From positions 5,056,001 through 5,120,000 of the forward strand of contig OZ245365.1 in NCBI GenBank assembly GCA_965226495.1: a stretch of 64,000 bases of DNA, read 5' to 3'. The notes under the pieces were generated by a model. That model made no database searches, was not told the DNA's origin, and was given only the letters and a program-made list of their open reading frames with translations. How positions within the stretch are numbered: the stretch's first letter is position 1; the number at the start of each line of letters is the position of its first letter. Shown piece by piece: positions 27,141 to 37,716 of the stretch. Both the position numbers and the translations under genes were made by a program. Source of the DNA: Candidatus Marinacidobacterales bacterium. Lineage in GTDB: Bacteria > Acidobacteriota > Vicinamibacteria > Marinacidobacterales > DATDRI01.

Positions 27141-28136
27141 CTACTCGACCTTGAGGGGGCGGCCCATTAGCTCGCGAATCGCTTCCCGGGGCGTGGTCTT
27201 TCCGTTGAGTAGCCGATCCATCTGAACCGTGATGGGCATCTCCACACCGTGCGCTTCCGCGAGCGACAACGTAGCCGAGGTGGTCGGAACTCCCTCCGCC
27301 ACCATCCGCATCGAGGCCAGGATTTCCTCGAGAGATTTTCCCTTCCCGAGCTCGTAGCCTACGGTGCGGTTACGAGAAAGATGTCCGGTACAGGTTAAAA
27401 CGAGATCGCCCATCCCGGCGAGCCCAGCCAGCGTTTCTCTTCGCCCGCCGAGGGCTACGCTCAGACGAGAGATCTCCGCCAACCCCCGCGTGATGAGCGC
27501 AGCGACCGGATTGTGTCCCAAACCCAGTCCCGCGCAAACCCCGGCTGCTATGGCGATGACGTTCTTCACCGCTCCCCCCAGTTCCACACCCACCACGTCG
27601 TCGTTGGTATAAACGCGAAGGGTCAACGAAGACAACTCCTCCTGAACCTTCTGCGCCAGATCCGGCCGACTACTCGCTGCCACGAGGGCGGTGGGCTGAT
27701 CCGCCGCGACTTCGCGTGCGAAGGTCGGTCCAGAGAGAGCAATCACACCGGGTCCCAAGCGATCGTTCATGACCTGCTCGATGACCTCGCTCATGCGCAA
27801 CAAGCTCTTCTCCTCGATCCCCTTGGTCGCACTTACCATGAGAGCATCGGTAGGAACGTGCGAAGCGGCCTGCTCCAAAACCTTCCTCAAATGTTGGGAA
27901 GGCACGGCCATTAGGACCACGTCGGCATCGCGGGTCGCCTCCTCGAGATCGTTGGTGACTTGTAAAGCGGCGGGAAGCTCCACACCGGGAAGGAAGATCT
28001 CGTTGGCCCGCCGGTTCCGTATGGAGTCGACGACCTCGGCTTCGAACGCCCAAAGGCGCACCTGGTGATGTTGTCGGGCGGCGAGGCGGGCCAGAGCGGT
28101 ACCCCAGCCCCCCGCTCCAATGATAGCGATACGCAT
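27141..28136 (-). CDS. gpsA: NAD(P)H-dependent glycerol-3-phosphate dehydrogenase
   Basis: GAGGWGTA, TKGIE, LSGPTFA, GGAVKNVIAI and GDLVLTC...SRN motifs. Confidence 0.96.
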   Translation of the reverse strand: MRIAIIGAGGWGTALARLAARQHHQVRLWAFEAEVVDSIRNRRANEIFLPGVELPAALQVTNDLEEATRDADVVLMAVPSQHLRKVLEQAASHVPTDALMVSATKGIEEKSLLRMSEVIEQVMNDRLGPGVIALSGPTFAREVAADQPTALVAASSRPDLAQKVQEELSSLTLRVYTNDDVVGVELGGAVKNVIAIAAGVCAGLGLGHNPVAALITRGLAEISRLSVALGGRRETLAGLAGMGDLVLTCTGHLSRNRTVGYELGKGKSLEEILASMRMVAEGVPTTSATLSLAEAHGVEMPITVQMDRLLNGKTTPREAIRELMGRPLKVE

Positions 28137-28153
28137 CGCGGCGGCCTTCCGCT

Positions 28154-28252
28154 TCAGCGGTCTTGTTTGCCCGCTTGAACCATGAAGTAAATGAACCCGC
28201 CCCAGACTCCGATGAGAACCACTGCCATCATGATGTAACCGGAAAGTTCCAC
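28154..28252 (-). CDS. MetS-like small subunit of the NSS transporter (32 aa)
   Basis: Manual translation MELSGYIMMAVVLIGVWGGFIYFMVQAGKQDR; GTG is 1 nt after the transporter stop, with SD GGAG; one TM helix with WGG. Confidence 0.75.
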   Translation of the reverse strand: MELSGYIMMAVVLIGVWGGFIYFMVQAGKQDR

Positions 28253-28253
28253 G

Positions 28254-29717
28254 TCAGTCTCCATCGCCGGCGCCGACTCGTGTCGCCCACCATCGGTTCA
28301 GAAAAAGTAGCACAACGATCACGAGGCCCCATTGAACGACAGCGGTGCCAACACTGTAAGTATGGAAAGGATTCCACCAACCCTCGGGGTCTAGGGTGGT
28401 CGCCGCCTGGTAGAACCACCAGACCACGAGGGCGGCGAACTCTAGCGGAATGAGAATCGTCATCACCAGCACGAACCATCGTCCGACCGGGTGCCTCTCT
28501 TCCGGGGTATTGATGAGCTCCCTCCTAAAACGGTCGACGCCGTATCGTATGACGGCGATGGAGATAAACATTCCAGAAACGAGCAGGCCTAGTCCCCACA
28601 CCCAGTCTTGGTTCTCCAAGAAGCCCATCTTCCACGCCGAAGGCAGCCCGAGTACGAACCCCAACACGCCGACCAACGAGACCGCAGTCGTCCGCCGCAC
28701 ACCAAGGTCCACGAACATGCGGGTGGCCATTTCAATCATCGCGATCAGCGACGACATGGCGGCAAAACTGAGCGCTAAAAAGAACAGAGCGAGGAACACC
28801 CTTCCCGCCGGAATCTGTGCGAAGAGCTGCGGCAACCAAATGAAAGTGAGTCCGTAGTTGCCCGCTCCCAAGGCTTCGCGCGCTTGTGCTTCGGGAAGAA
28901 CCGAGAAGACAGTGCACATGATAGCGATCCCCGCCAACAAAGACGCCGCGTAGTCACCGAACGCGATGGTGTAGCTGGTCAGCACGAAGTCGTCCTTCTT
29001 GCGAAGATAGACACCATACGTCATGACTAAGCCCCAGCCCGCTCCGGTGCTCCATGCCGACTGGGTCAGGGCCTCCAGCCAAATCCGATAGCTCAGAAGG
29101 TCACTCCACACCGGAGTGAAAAGAAAGCCCAATCCTTTGATAGCGTCATCCAACGTGACGGCCCGCACCGCGGCGACGAAGAGCAAAAGGAACAGGAGGG
29201 GTATCAGAATCCGATTCGTCCATTCGATTCCCCGCACCACGCCGCGATAGATGATGAGGCAACCGATCACCATCGCCAGCAAATGAAAGACGACTGGCTC
29301 GAACCCGCCCCTCGTGAAGCTCTGCCAATGCGCTTCCGAATCACTCGCCATCGTCCCTGAGCCAAGCGTGGCGAAGAAATATTTGAGACACCAGCCCGTG
29401 ACCACCGAGTAGTAGAACAAGATGAAACACGTGCACACACCCACGAAGGCGCCCATCCAGTTGTACTTCTTGCCGATCAGATGGCCGATCGCCCCAGCCG
29501 GCCCCCTTCGCGTGTGCTTCCCGAGAGCGAACTCGGATAACACCAATGGAACCGACCACGCGAACATGAAAACCAGCCACGCGATGAGGAAGGCGCCACC
29601 GCCGTTGGCCGCGGCCACGCGTGGAAACCGCCAGATGTTTCCCGTGCCTACCGCCATCCCGATGGCGGCAAGCAGAATGCCCCAGCGTGAGCTAAAGAGG
29701 TCTTGGTGCTCTTTCAT
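28254..29717 (-). CDS. Sodium-dependent transporter, neurotransmitter:sodium symporter (SLC6) family
   Basis: GMAVGTGNIWRFP, NGGGAF and YYSVVTGW motifs; many TM helices. Confidence 0.93.
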   Translation of the reverse strand: MKEHQDLFSSRWGILLAAIGMAVGTGNIWRFPRVAAANGGGAFLIAWLVFMFAWSVPLVLSEFALGKHTRRGPAGAIGHLIGKKYNWMGAFVGVCTCFILFYYSVVTGWCLKYFFATLGSGTMASDSEAHWQSFTRGGFEPVVFHLLAMVIGCLIIYRGVVRGIEWTNRILIPLLFLLLFVAAVRAVTLDDAIKGLGFLFTPVWSDLLSYRIWLEALTQSAWSTGAGWGLVMTYGVYLRKKDDFVLTSYTIAFGDYAASLLAGIAIMCTVFSVLPEAQAREALGAGNYGLTFIWLPQLFAQIPAGRVFLALFFLALSFAAMSSLIAMIEMATRMFVDLGVRRTTAVSLVGVLGFVLGLPSAWKMGFLENQDWVWGLGLLVSGMFISIAVIRYGVDRFRRELINTPEERHPVGRWFVLVMTILIPLEFAALVVWWFYQAATTLDPEGWWNPFHTYSVGTAVVQWGLVIVVLLFLNRWWATRVGAGDGD

Positions 29718-29798
29718 TCGAGGGGCCCCCAACGGGAGCCTATTCTAACAGGCCCAGTTACATATAATGACCCCCTGTTACTAAGATAGGAGGAAGAC

Positions 29799-31088
29799 AT
29801 GAAGCGTGCGCTGTACATGGTTGCGATCTTGACGGTTCTCGGCTCACCGAGCGTGGCCGCCTCCGAGGAAAACCCACTTCTCATACGGGCCGACCGCATC
29901 ATCGATGGCACGAGCGGCGAGCCGATCGAAGGAGCTCTCATCTTGGTGGAAGGGGATAAGATCAGTGCCGTCGGAGCCAACGTTCGACCGCCGGCCAACG
30001 CCGAGGTGCTCGACCTCTCGGGCCATACTGTGCTTCCCGGCCTGATCGATAGTCATACTCATATCTGCCTCGCCCCCGACTACGGCTCGAATAACCCAGT
30101 TCTCAACAAGTCGGTGGCGTTTCGAACCTTGGAAGGAGCGGCCGCCGCGCGGGCCGCACTGGAAGCAGGTTTCACGACTCTCCGAGATGTCGATAACGAG
30201 GGCGCGGGATTCGCCGACGTCGCAATACGAGACGCCATCAACCAGAACCTCATCCCGGGCCCCCGTTTACTGGTCTCCACGCTTGCCCTCAGCATTACCG
30301 GGGGTCACATGAACCACACCGGCCTCGCTCCCGAAATCGACGAACGCGTGCCGCAACTCGCGGTGATGACGGACACCACCGACGAAATGGTCAAAGAGGT
30401 CCGACGGCAGATTAAGTACGGAGCGGATTGGATCAAGATCTATGCAACCGGCACTCTTCGACACATCGATCGCGAGACCATGGAACCGCTTCCTCAACTG
30501 AGCGAGGAGCAGGTCCGCGCGATCGTAGAAGAGGCCAGTCGCTGGAGGAAGGATGTGGCGGCCCACGCCTACGGCGGAGACGGTGCCCGTGCCTCCGTGC
30601 TAGGAGGCGTTCGGTCGATCGAGCACGGAATGTTGCTCGATGAATCCATCCTTTCACTCATGGCCGACAGGGGGACGTTTTGGTGCCCGACGCTGTCCGT
30701 TTTCGCCCCTCGAACGCCGGAAGAAGAGGCAGATTCGTTCTTCCAACGCATTCAAGTGCGGCAACGGAGAGCGTTCCAAAAGGGAATGGAGTTGGGCGTC
30801 AAGATCGTCTTCGGGACCGATGCCGGTGCCATCCGGCATGGAGACAACGCGGTGGAGTTTCTTCACATGGTGCGGTTGGGTATGGATCCCATGGTGGCCA
30901 TCCAGTCCGCCACCTCTCTCGCTGCCGAGCTCCTGCGTCTCGAAGATACAATCGGCGCCATCAAACCGGGATTGCAGGCGGATTTGATCGCTGTTCGCAG
31001 CGACCCGCTCGCCGATATTCGAGCCCTACAGGACGTTGTCTTCGTGATGAAAGGCGGGAAGATCGTGAAGCGCCCGTCCACTAATTAA
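29799..31088 (+). CDS. Exported metal-dependent amidohydrolase (Xaa-Pro dipeptidase-like)
   Basis: Signal peptide; PGLIDSHTH, IKIYA, AAHA, IEHG and GTDAG motifs. Confidence 0.88.
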   Translation: MKRALYMVAILTVLGSPSVAASEENPLLIRADRIIDGTSGEPIEGALILVEGDKISAVGANVRPPANAEVLDLSGHTVLPGLIDSHTHICLAPDYGSNNPVLNKSVAFRTLEGAAAARAALEAGFTTLRDVDNEGAGFADVAIRDAINQNLIPGPRLLVSTLALSITGGHMNHTGLAPEIDERVPQLAVMTDTTDEMVKEVRRQIKYGADWIKIYATGTLRHIDRETMEPLPQLSEEQVRAIVEEASRWRKDVAAHAYGGDGARASVLGGVRSIEHGMLLDESILSLMADRGTFWCPTLSVFAPRTPEEEADSFFQRIQVRQRRAFQKGMELGVKIVFGTDAGAIRHGDNAVEFLHMVRLGMDPMVAIQSATSLAAELLRLEDTIGAIKPGLQADLIAVRSDPLADIRALQDVVFVMKGGKIVKRPSTN

Positions 31089-31174
31089 TCCGATTCGAGC
31101 TTGCGCGGTTTCTTTTAGATTTCTCCAGATAGAGATGCTGATCCTACCCCACTGACGCCGCTACTTTTGCCTCT

Positions 31175-31203
31175 TTGACCGCCGCTCGAGGGGGGCCCAT
31201 AAT
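31175..31203 (+). promoter_or_regulatory. Sigma70-type promoter giving a near-leaderless transcript
   Basis: TTGACC (31175-31180), 17 nt, CATAAT (31198-31203), 8 nt, ATG; no SD. Confidence 0.55.
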
Positions 31204-31211
31204 CCACCCAC

Positions 31212-32471
31212 ATGCTCTTCGCCGCGATACTCGGCCTCATTCTCATCCTTATCTGCTCCGCTTTTTTCTCCGGCTCGGAGACCGCCCTCATGTCCCTCAA
31301 CCGGTATCGGTTGCGGCACCTGGAAGAGCGGCACGGCCCTATCGCGACCACGATTCGAGAAGTCCTCAGCTATCCGGAGAAGGTCTTGGCGACGATACTC
31401 ACCGGCAACGTGTTCGTAAATACCGCCGCGGCGGCACTCGTCACCTACGTGGTCACCACGCGGGCAACCGACCCCGAAGAGGGGGCTGCTGCACTCACCA
31501 TCGCGACCTTCCTCCTAACCGCTCTCATCCTCGTCTTCGGCGAGATGATCCCTAAGAGCGTCGCGGCGCGCCATGCGGAAGGCTGGTCGTTTATCGTTAT
31601 CCGGCCCATCGTCTTCTTCATCAAGGTCTTGGGACCGTTGGTCAAACTTCTGACCCTCATTTCGACGGGTTTTCTGCGCTTGCTCGGTGAGCCACTGCGT
31701 CCCTTCCGCCACGAGATGACTCTCGAGGAGCTCAAGCCCCTCATACAGGCCGGAGGGGGAACCGGCGAGGAGACGGGGGGGAAACGCCAAATGCTTCGCA
31801 AGGTGTTCGAGCTCGGTGAGACACGAGTCTCCGAGGTCATGGTGCCACGGACCGAGATCGTGGCCGTCGAGGTGGATTCTCCGCTCGACGACATCGTTGC
31901 GCTCATTCAGAAACACCGCCTATCCCGCATACCGGTTTACCGCGACACCCTGGACACCATCGAAGGCCTCGTCTACTCGAAGGACCTGATCGCCCACTGG
32001 GGCAAGAAGGTTCCCTTCAAGTTAGCCGACGTGCTTCGAAAACCCTACTTCCTGCCCGACCGGGCGAAGGTGGAGCAGGCGCTCGAACAGATGCAGAAGC
32101 ACCGGGTTCACCTAGCGTTGGTGGTCGACGAGCACGGCGGCGTAGAAGGCATGGTGACTCTCGAAGATCTGCTGGAAGAAATCGTGGGAGAGATGAGCGA
32201 TGAACAAGAAGAAGAGGTGCCGCCGATCCGCGCGCTCGCCGATGGTAGCTACTCCTTGGAGGGCTCCATCTCCGTCAAAGACTTGAACGACAGCCTGGAA
32301 CTGGAGCTGCCTGAGCAACCCGATTACAACACTCTCGCCGGCCTCATCTTGACACGACTGGGGCGCATTCCGGTCGAGGGAGAAGAGCTGGCGGTGGAGG
32401 GTATGTTTTTCTCGATCGAGAGGGTCGAGGACCGGCGAGTCGTTCGAGTGAGAGCCAGGCGGGCGCGCTGA
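31212..32471 (+). CDS. HlyC/CorC (CNNM-CBS-CorC) family membrane protein
   Basis: SAFFSGSETA, FGEMIPK, VMVPR, VVDEHGG...TLEDLLEEIVGE and YNTLAG motifs. Confidence 0.92.
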   Translation: MLFAAILGLILILICSAFFSGSETALMSLNRYRLRHLEERHGPIATTIREVLSYPEKVLATILTGNVFVNTAAAALVTYVVTTRATDPEEGAAALTIATFLLTALILVFGEMIPKSVAARHAEGWSFIVIRPIVFFIKVLGPLVKLLTLISTGFLRLLGEPLRPFRHEMTLEELKPLIQAGGGTGEETGGKRQMLRKVFELGETRVSEVMVPRTEIVAVEVDSPLDDIVALIQKHRLSRIPVYRDTLDTIEGLVYSKDLIAHWGKKVPFKLADVLRKPYFLPDRAKVEQALEQMQKHRVHLALVVDEHGGVEGMVTLEDLLEEIVGEMSDEQEEEVPPIRALADGSYSLEGSISVKDLNDSLELELPEQPDYNTLAGLILTRLGRIPVEGEELAVEGMFFSIERVEDRRVVRVRARRAR

Positions 32472-32489
32472 CCGCTCATCACTGCTCGC

Positions 32490-32660
32490 TCAATCCATAT
32501 CGTCTTCGTCCCCGTAGAAAAAATAATCGGCGCAGTTGGTCATGCAGAACCAGCGCCCGCTGCGATCGACCCCGCAGTCTTCGCAGAAGTACTTGAAGCA
32601 GATCGGGCACTTCCGAAGAGATTTCTCCTCGTCGGAGATCTCGCATACGGAACAGTTCAA
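32490..32660 (-). CDS. Unannotated 56-aa protein with 8 Cys (probable double zinc finger)
   Basis: Manual translation MNCSVCEISDEEKSLRKCPICFKYFCEDCGVDRSGRWFCMTNCADYFFYGDEDDMD; TTG start with AAGGAGG SD; upstream TTGGTA-17-TATATT. Confidence 0.8.
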   Translation of the reverse strand: MNCSVCEISDEEKSLRKCPICFKYFCEDCGVDRSGRWFCMTNCADYFFYGDEDDMD

Positions 32661-32802
32661 CGCCAGCTCCTCCTTGGCGGATTTCTTGACAATTTCTAGT
32701 GAACACCATTAATATACAATGTTTAGAGGAATTTACCAAGGTTCCCAAGCAGCGGCTCGCACAAAGTACCTCGGTCGGCACCTGGCGGCGGGGTCATCAC
32801 GA

Positions 32803-34266
32803 ATGCTCATCAAGAAGGTACTTCACTCCCTCCGGCGGTTCGGGATGATCCGCTCCGGAGAGTGTGTGCTCGTCGGCATCTCCGGCGGACCGGATTCCGT
32901 CGCCCTTACTCACGCGCTGGTCGAGTTGGCCGCCACCCAGGAGTTCGAGATTCGCTTGGCACACCTCAATCATCAACTACGCGAGGACGCAGACGCCGAT
33001 GAGGCGTTTTGCGCGGAATTGGCACGGCGATTGGAGTTGCCGTTCGCGTCGCATCGCCTCGATGTCGCTGGTGTGGCGCAACGCAACGGGTCTTCTCTCG
33101 AAGAGCAAGCCCGAATCAGTCGATATCGTTTCTTGAGCGAGACGGCTGAACGCTGGGGCTGTGCCGGGATCGCCGTGGGCCACACCCGAGACGACCAGGC
33201 CGAAACATTCCTGCTGCGGTTGCTGCGTGGGTCCGGCACAACTGGTTTGGCCTCGATCCGCCCTGTCACCTCTGTGCCGATTTCGTTCACACCCTCGTTC
33301 AATGCCCGTCTATTACGACCGATGCTCAAGGTCACACGCACCGAAGTGCTTGCTTTTCTCGATGCGAAGGAAATCGTTTACCGGCTGGACCGTACCAACT
33401 TAGACCCATCGATCCCACGGAACCGTGTCCGGCATGAAACGCTGCCCTTTTTGGCGCGCCACCACAATCCGAATGTAGCCGAAACCCTGGCCCGGACGGC
33501 CGAGCTTCTACAAGACGACGAGGATTGGATGGACCGGGAGGCGAGGCGAATGCTCGACTCCCTAATCGAGGACGCTGGGTGTCATGGAACCCGTATCTCA
33601 TTGCCCATCGAGGCGCTCGAACGACTGGACCCCGCCCTGCGCCGGCGAGTCGTCCGGGGTGCCATTGGGAGCGTCCGCGGAGAGTTGCGGGCCGTGACCT
33701 CTCGCCACATCGAGGACGTGCTGGAGCTTATCTCCCCCGGCAAGAGCGGCCGCCGATTATGCCTACCTGGACTCGATTGTGGGCGTTCCTTCGGCGCCAT
33801 CTGGTTCAAACCCGCCGCGCCTAGCGATTCGGAAGCAAAGAGCTATAATAGTTATGAGTATGCCCTGACCGTGCCTGGAGAGCTCCGAATCCCCGAAGCC
33901 GGCGGAGCCATCCGGGCGGTGGAGACGAATGCCTCGTCCCTTCCGCCGGCAGCGGGGGAAACGGTCAAGATCGCGCTCGAGGAGGTTTGCGGGCAGCTGG
34001 ACCGGATAGAAACGCTAAACGTGCGAAGTCCGTTGCCGGGGGATCGGTTCCGGCCCCTCGGGGCACCAGGCTCCAAGTCGGTAGCGCGCTATCTCATGGA
34101 GCGCCGGGTGGACCGGGATCGGCGGCGGCTCATCCCGCTGGTCGTTCGGGGGGAACGGCGTTCCGAACAGGAGATTTTGTGGGTAGTCGGGCATGGAGTT
34201 TCCGAGGCATCTCGAGTGGATCGAGATGCTCGCCGGGTGCTCCAATTGAGTTGGTCGACGGTATGA
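32803..34266 (+). CDS. tilS: tRNA(Ile)-lysidine synthetase
   Basis: [30 protein letters not shown] and RNRVRH motifs; start placed at ATG 32803. Confidence 0.94.
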   Translation: MLIKKVLHSLRRFGMIRSGECVLVGISGGPDSVALTHALVELAATQEFEIRLAHLNHQLREDADADEAFCAELARRLELPFASHRLDVAGVAQRNGSSLEEQARISRYRFLSETAERWGCAGIAVGHTRDDQAETFLLRLLRGSGTTGLASIRPVTSVPISFTPSFNARLLRPMLKVTRTEVLAFLDAKEIVYRLDRTNLDPSIPRNRVRHETLPFLARHHNPNVAETLARTAELLQDDEDWMDREARRMLDSLIEDAGCHGTRISLPIEALERLDPALRRRVVRGAIGSVRGELRAVTSRHIEDVLELISPGKSGRRLCLPGLDCGRSFGAIWFKPAAPSDSEAKSYNSYEYALTVPGELRIPEAGGAIRAVETNASSLPPAAGETVKIALEEVCGQLDRIETLNVRSPLPGDRFRPLGAPGSKSVARYLMERRVDRDRRRLIPLVVRGERRSEQEILWVVGHGVSEASRVDRDARRVLQLSWSTV

Positions 34267-34793
34267 CTGACATGGTCAAACCCGCTGTCCTCTTTAGCGA
34301 GGAGGAGATCCGGCGGCGCATTTTGGACATGGGTCGCCGCATCACTGCCGACTACAACGGCTCGGACCTTGCCATGGTGGGAATACTGAAGGGCACCATC
34401 GTCTTCATGGCGGACCTCATTCGGGCCATCGAGCAACCCCTTACTTGCGATTTTCTCAAAGTGGGCCGGACCAAGGATCGGCGGATCGACATCGCGTTCA
34501 GCCCGGAGACAGACTTTCGTGCCCGAGAGGTCTTGTTGCTCCAAGACGTAGTCGATACCGGCGTCACGATGAGTTTCATCGTGGGACACATCCAAGAAGA
34601 CTGGCAACCGCGTTCGCTGAAAGTCGCCGCACTCATCGATCGGGAAGATCAACGCAAGGTCGACTGTGCCGTCGACTATGCATGTTTCAAAGTCGTAGAG
34701 GACGGCTTCGTAGTCGGATACGGCCTGGACAGCGAGGAGCAGTATCGGGGACTTCCTTACCTCGGAAGGCTCGACAGAAAGAAGGCCGAATAA
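34263..34793 (+). CDS. hpt: Hypoxanthine phosphoribosyltransferase-like protein (divergent active site)
   Basis: ATGA overlap with tilS; [14 protein letters not shown] and FVVGYGLD...YRGLPY motifs. Confidence 0.8.
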   Translation: MTDMVKPAVLFSEEEIRRRILDMGRRITADYNGSDLAMVGILKGTIVFMADLIRAIEQPLTCDFLKVGRTKDRRIDIAFSPETDFRAREVLLLQDVVDTGVTMSFIVGHIQEDWQPRSLKVAALIDREDQRKVDCAVDYACFKVVEDGFVVGYGLDSEEQYRGLPYLGRLDRKKAE

Positions 34794-34857
34794 AGACAGC
34801 GGAAGCTGTTCTGGCCAAATCAAACAAATAGAAGACCTAGAATCTCGGAGGCAAACG

Positions 34858-36783
34858 TTGAACTCGACCATGAAGAACTTGATGTTCTGGATGGTGGCTG
34901 CTTTGCTCATTATGCTCTTCTGGAGCGTATCGTCCCGCATCCAGCAGAAGGAGAAACAGCTCACCTTCAGCGATTTCATGGAGTACGTGGAGCGGGGGAG
35001 CGTTGCCGAGGTGACGATCACCGGAAGCTCGGCGGGGAGCCAGATCATAGGAACATTGAACAACGGCGACCCCATCCGAACCTTCGCTCCCCCGCAGTAC
35101 GAGTCTCTCGTCGACAAGCTACTGTCGCAAAGCGTCGAGGTAAGCGCGCGAGATGCGAATGGATCTTCCGTCTGGGCGCACCTCATCAACTGGACACCCA
35201 TCATCATCATGATCGCCTTCTTGGTCTTCTTCATGCGACAGATGCAAGGCTCGGGTAACCGCGCGCTGTCGTTCGGAAAGAGCAAGGCGAAGCTCAGCGG
35301 CACCCAACAGAAAAAAATCACGTTCAAAGACGTGGCGGGAGTCGACGAGGCAAAGGGCGAGCTTGAGGAAATCATCGACTTTCTGAGAGAACCACAGAAA
35401 TTCCAAAAGCTGGGAGGACGAATCCCCAAGGGCGTCCTGCTTATGGGCCCGCCGGGGACCGGGAAGACGCTGCTGGCGCGCGCCATCTCGGGGGAGGCCA
35501 ATGTACCGTTCTTCTCTATTAGTGGGTCCGACTTCGTCGAAATGTTTGTTGGAGTTGGTGCCAGTCGTGTGCGCGACCTCTTCGAGCAAGGGAAGAAGAA
35601 CGCTCCCTGCATCGTCTTCATCGATGAGATCGACGCGGTGGGACGTCACCGCGGCGCTGGCTTGGGCGGCGGACACGATGAGCGCGAACAGACTCTGAAC
35701 CAGTTGCTCGTGGAGATGGACGGCTTCGAGTCTAACGAAGGCGTCATCTTGATCGCGGCCACCAACCGGCCGGACGTACTGGATCCGGCGCTACTTAGGC
35801 CCGGCCGTTTCGACCGCAGGGTGGTGGTCTCGCTTCCCGATGTCAAGGGGCGGGAAGGAATTTTGAAAGTGCACACCACCCGGATTCCACTGGGTTCCGA
35901 TGTCGACCTGAGCATACTCGCCAGAGGAACGCCTGGTTTTTCGGGCGCCGATCTGGCGAACCTGGTGAACGAAGCTGCCCTGACCGCGGCCCGCTACGGG
36001 ATGAAGGCCGTTGGCATGCGGGACTTCGAAGACTCCAAGGACAAGGTGCTCATGGGTGCCGAACGGCGGTCCATGATCATGAGCGAGGAGGAAAAGAAGA
36101 CCACCGCCTACCACGAAGCGGGCCACGCGTTGGTGGCGTCGCTTCTCCCCGAGGCCGACCCCATTCACAAAGTTACGATCATCCCGCGCGGCATGGCCCT
36201 CGGAGTCACGCAGCTTCTCCCCGAGTCCGAGCGCTATAGTCATAGCAAGGCATACGTAGAAGCGATGATCGCGGTCAAAATGGGAGGCCGCATTGCCGAA
36301 GAGCTCTTCCTAAACCAGATCACCAGCGGGGCTCACGACGATCTCGAAAAAGCCACCGAGTTGGCTCGCAAAATGGTCTGTGAGTGGGGCATGAGTGACA
36401 AGCTCGGGCCGATGACCTTTGGACGGAAAGAGGAGCAAGTTTTCCTCGGGCGCGACATCGTCCAACAACAGGACTATAGCAGCGACACCGCCATCAAGAT
36501 CGACGGAGAAGTGAAAGCCATCGCCGAGCGAAACTATCAGCGGGCCAAGGATCTTCTAACCACCAATCGCGCTCTGTTGCAGCGCGTGGCGGAGACACTG
36601 CTGGAGCGTGAGGTTCTGGACGCAGAGGAAGTGAAGATGGTGCTCGAGGGGATTCCCCTCAAGGAGAGGGTGCCCGCACCCACGCTCGCCGCTCCCGAGA
36701 AGAAGCCCGAAACCCAGGGCGAGAAGAAGGCCCCGCTCACACCGCCCATCCTGCCCGCGCCAAAGAGCATTCCGCAGAGCTAG
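34858..36783 (+). CDS. ftsH: ATP-dependent zinc metalloprotease FtsH
   Basis: Two TM helices; [22 protein letters not shown] and HEAGH motifs. Confidence 0.98.
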   Translation: MNSTMKNLMFWMVAALLIMLFWSVSSRIQQKEKQLTFSDFMEYVERGSVAEVTITGSSAGSQIIGTLNNGDPIRTFAPPQYESLVDKLLSQSVEVSARDANGSSVWAHLINWTPIIIMIAFLVFFMRQMQGSGNRALSFGKSKAKLSGTQQKKITFKDVAGVDEAKGELEEIIDFLREPQKFQKLGGRIPKGVLLMGPPGTGKTLLARAISGEANVPFFSISGSDFVEMFVGVGASRVRDLFEQGKKNAPCIVFIDEIDAVGRHRGAGLGGGHDEREQTLNQLLVEMDGFESNEGVILIAATNRPDVLDPALLRPGRFDRRVVVSLPDVKGREGILKVHTTRIPLGSDVDLSILARGTPGFSGADLANLVNEAALTAARYGMKAVGMRDFEDSKDKVLMGAERRSMIMSEEEKKTTAYHEAGHALVASLLPEADPIHKVTIIPRGMALGVTQLLPESERYSHSKAYVEAMIAVKMGGRIAEELFLNQITSGAHDDLEKATELARKMVCEWGMSDKLGPMTFGRKEEQVFLGRDIVQQQDYSSDTAIKIDGEVKAIAERNYQRAKDLLTTNRALLQRVAETLLEREVLDAEEVKMVLEGIPLKERVPAPTLAAPEKKPETQGEKKAPLTPPILPAPKSIPQS

Positions 36784-36834
36784 GGCACTAGGGCTGGCGG
36801 TGGTCTTGGCTCTTTTTGTTCGAACGAGTCGACT

Positions 36835-37716
36835 TTGACGGCCCCTCTCGCCCCGCGGTCCATCCACACATTTCGGGCGCGAGGACGGACGCTCTCGATG
36901 GGCCGTCGGACCCGCGTCATGGGTGTCATCAACGTGACCCCGGACTCTTTCTCCGACGGTGGCCTCTTCTTGGACGCCGACAAGGCCATTGCCTGCGGCC
37001 TGGAAATGGCCCGGTGTGGAGCCGACTTCATCGACGTCGGCGGGGAATCCACGCGGCCTGGAGCTTCGCCGGTCTCGGCAGAAGAGGAGCTTGAACGGGT
37101 TGCTCCGGTGATCACCGCGTTACGGCGGCAAACGGACGTCCTACTCTCCGCCGACACCGCGAAAGCCGCGGTGGCGAAATGGGCGCTCGAGCAAGGGGTC
37201 GAAATCATCAACGACATCTCTGGACTGACCAGCGACCCGACGATAGCGAAAATGACCGCGCGGGCCAACGCCGGGTTGATCTTGATGCACATGAAGGGTA
37301 CGCCCCGGACGATGCAGAAAGACCCAACCTATGAGGACGTCGCTTCCGAGGTGCGTGATTTCCTCGCCGAGGCGTCGAGCCGAGCGGAAGCCGCGGGGGT
37401 GGCACCGGATTCGATACTGGTCGATCCCGGGATCGGTTTCGGCAAGTCGGCGGAGCACAACCTCCAACTGATAAATCGCCTGGGATCGTTGTCGGCCCTC
37501 GGCAAACCGATCTTAATTGGCACGTCTCGCAAGAGCTTCATCGGCCGCCTTCTAGGCGTCCCGGTAGAAGAGAGGATTCAGGGGACCTCGGCTTCCGTTG
37601 CCGCATCCATACTCCGCGGCGCGCACGTCGTGCGCGTCCACGACGTGCCGGAAATGATTCAGGTCGCCAGGTTAGCCGACGCTATCTTGAACGAGACGGG
37701 AGCGACATCAGGGTGA
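36835..37716 (+). CDS. folP: Dihydropteroate synthase
   Basis: NVTPDSFSDGG, GGESTRPG, DPGIGFGK, SRKS and RVHDV motifs. Confidence 0.96.
   Translation: MTAPLAPRSIHTFRARGRTLSMGRRTRVMGVINVTPDSFSDGGLFLDADKAIACGLEMARCGADFIDVGGESTRPGASPVSAEEELERVAPVITALRRQTDVLLSADTAKAAVAKWALEQGVEIINDISGLTSDPTIAKMTARANAGLILMHMKGTPRTMQKDPTYEDVASEVRDFLAEASSRAEAAGVAPDSILVDPGIGFGKSAEHNLQLINRLGSLSALGKPILIGTSRKSFIGRLLGVPVEERIQGTSASVAASILRGAHVVRVHDVPEMIQVARLADAILNETGATSG

Noticed and set aside
32479-32781. 100-aa minus-strand ORF from the track
   Set aside because: Wrong frame; the SD-supported Cys-rich ORF at 32490-32660 explains the region
34089-35621. 510-aa minus-strand ORF, and similar long antisense ORFs elsewhere
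   Set aside because: Antisense to hpt and ftsH with no recognisable motifs; expected in GC-rich coding DNA
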